DNA from: Candidatus Krumholzibacteriia bacterium
Lineage (GTDB): Bacteria; Krumholzibacteriota; Krumholzibacteriia; JAJRXK01
Direction of reading: 5' to 3'
Length of the DNA stretch: 64,000 bases
NCBI GenBank assembly: GCA_041484665.1
Contig: JBGPIA010000005.1
Location: 160,001-224,000 of the forward strand
The position numbers and the translations under genes were made by a program. This document shows positions 63,714 to 64,000 of the stretch, piece after piece. The notes under the pieces were generated by a model, which was given only the letters and a program-made list of their open reading frames with translations, was not told where the DNA came from and ran no database searches. Each line of letters starts with the position of its first letter. Within the stretch, counting starts at the first letter, position 1.

Positions 63714-63877
63714 AAAACTGCGCCTCCACGGCCCCGTTCCTAAGCTCCACTCCGAGCAATTCTTCAACAGCGCGACTTGCGCGTTTGTGCCTTGTTTTGT
63801 AGGATTTCCTGCGCGACGCACACCTTGTCAGCGCGTCGCAGCCAGGGTCAGCCTGGGTCAGGCGTGCGCGGCGCAAT

Positions 63878-63901
63878 CGGAACCTGAAACGGAACCTGAA
63901 A
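63878..63901 (+). repeat. 12-bp tandem direct repeat, putative integrase arm-type sites
   Basis: CGGAACCTGAAA twice (63878-63889, 63890-63901). Confidence 0.7.
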
Positions 63902-63922
63902 AACGCCCTGGAGGGTGGGGAG

Positions 63923-64000
63923 ATGCGCTTCTCAGACCGCGGCATAGCGGCGCTGAAGCCACGGGTGCGGGCGTATGACGTGCGGGAAGCACGCGGGTTC
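63923..64000 (+). CDS. N-terminus of a P4-like tyrosine integrase (arm-DNA-binding domain), truncated by window edge
   Basis: MRFSDRGIAALKPRVRAYDVREARGF resembles arm-binding integrase N-termini; GGAG upstream; next to the tRNA fragment; only 26 codons visible. Confidence 0.65.
   Translation, partial: MRFSDRGIAALKPRVRAYDVREARGF

Larger units (their letters stand above)
63714..64000 (+). mobile_element. Left end of an integrative element (prophage or genomic island) inserted in tRNA-Lys
   Basis: tRNA half, AT-richer spacer, tandem repeats and integrase start. Confidence 0.65.

Noticed and set aside
63672..63734. T-armless but complete tRNA-Lys (ACGGCCC at 63728-63734 could pair with the 5' acceptor strand)
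   Set aside because: There is no T arm or CCA, and a 6-bp GC match is likely by chance at this GC content. An att junction explains it better.

Overview
Very GC-rich bacterial chromosomal window. The diderm features (outer-membrane barrels, lipoproteins, FlgD/T9SS-like C-terminal domains) and the '[ST]WGxxK' protein tails suggest, by inference only, an FCB-related candidate phylum such as Eisenbacteria, Krumholzibacteriota or Latescibacterota. Most of the window is housekeeping or catabolic: chromate transporter, ygfZ/iscS/iscA, pepA, an aminotransferase, oppABC, MATE, xseAB, an OPT transporter, a propionyl-CoA carboxylase / methylmalonyl-CoA mutase / epimerase operon, two thiolases, crotonase, USP, a LeuB-like dehydrogenase, a Ser/Thr kinase, tRNA-Leu-tig-clpP-clpX-lon-engB and purA. 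The most notable signals are five. (1) Four signal-peptide proteins from three unrelated families, at separate loci, end in the same exactly spaced motif C-x(1-3)-[VL]P-x4-[ST]WG-x-[VLI]KA-x-[FY], a candidate undescribed C-terminal sorting or anchoring signal. (2) A four-gene putative surface-polysaccharide operon encodes a GT2 synthase with a His/Ala-rich N-terminal tract, a beta-helix protein, an inner-membrane protein fused in frame through an internal signal-like segment to a YaiO-like barrel, and a GT-C-like protein. (3) A tRNA-Lys(UUU) is cut just after the anticodon arm and not restored; it keeps a promoter and is followed by tandem arm-like repeats and the start of a tyrosine integrase. 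(4) A bacterial temptin-like protein carries a CxxCH heme motif. (5) Tandem-repeat tails are added to several core proteins (EngB, PepA, Tig, OppA). No CRISPR array or rRNA was seen. All calls are by eye from motifs; no searches were run.
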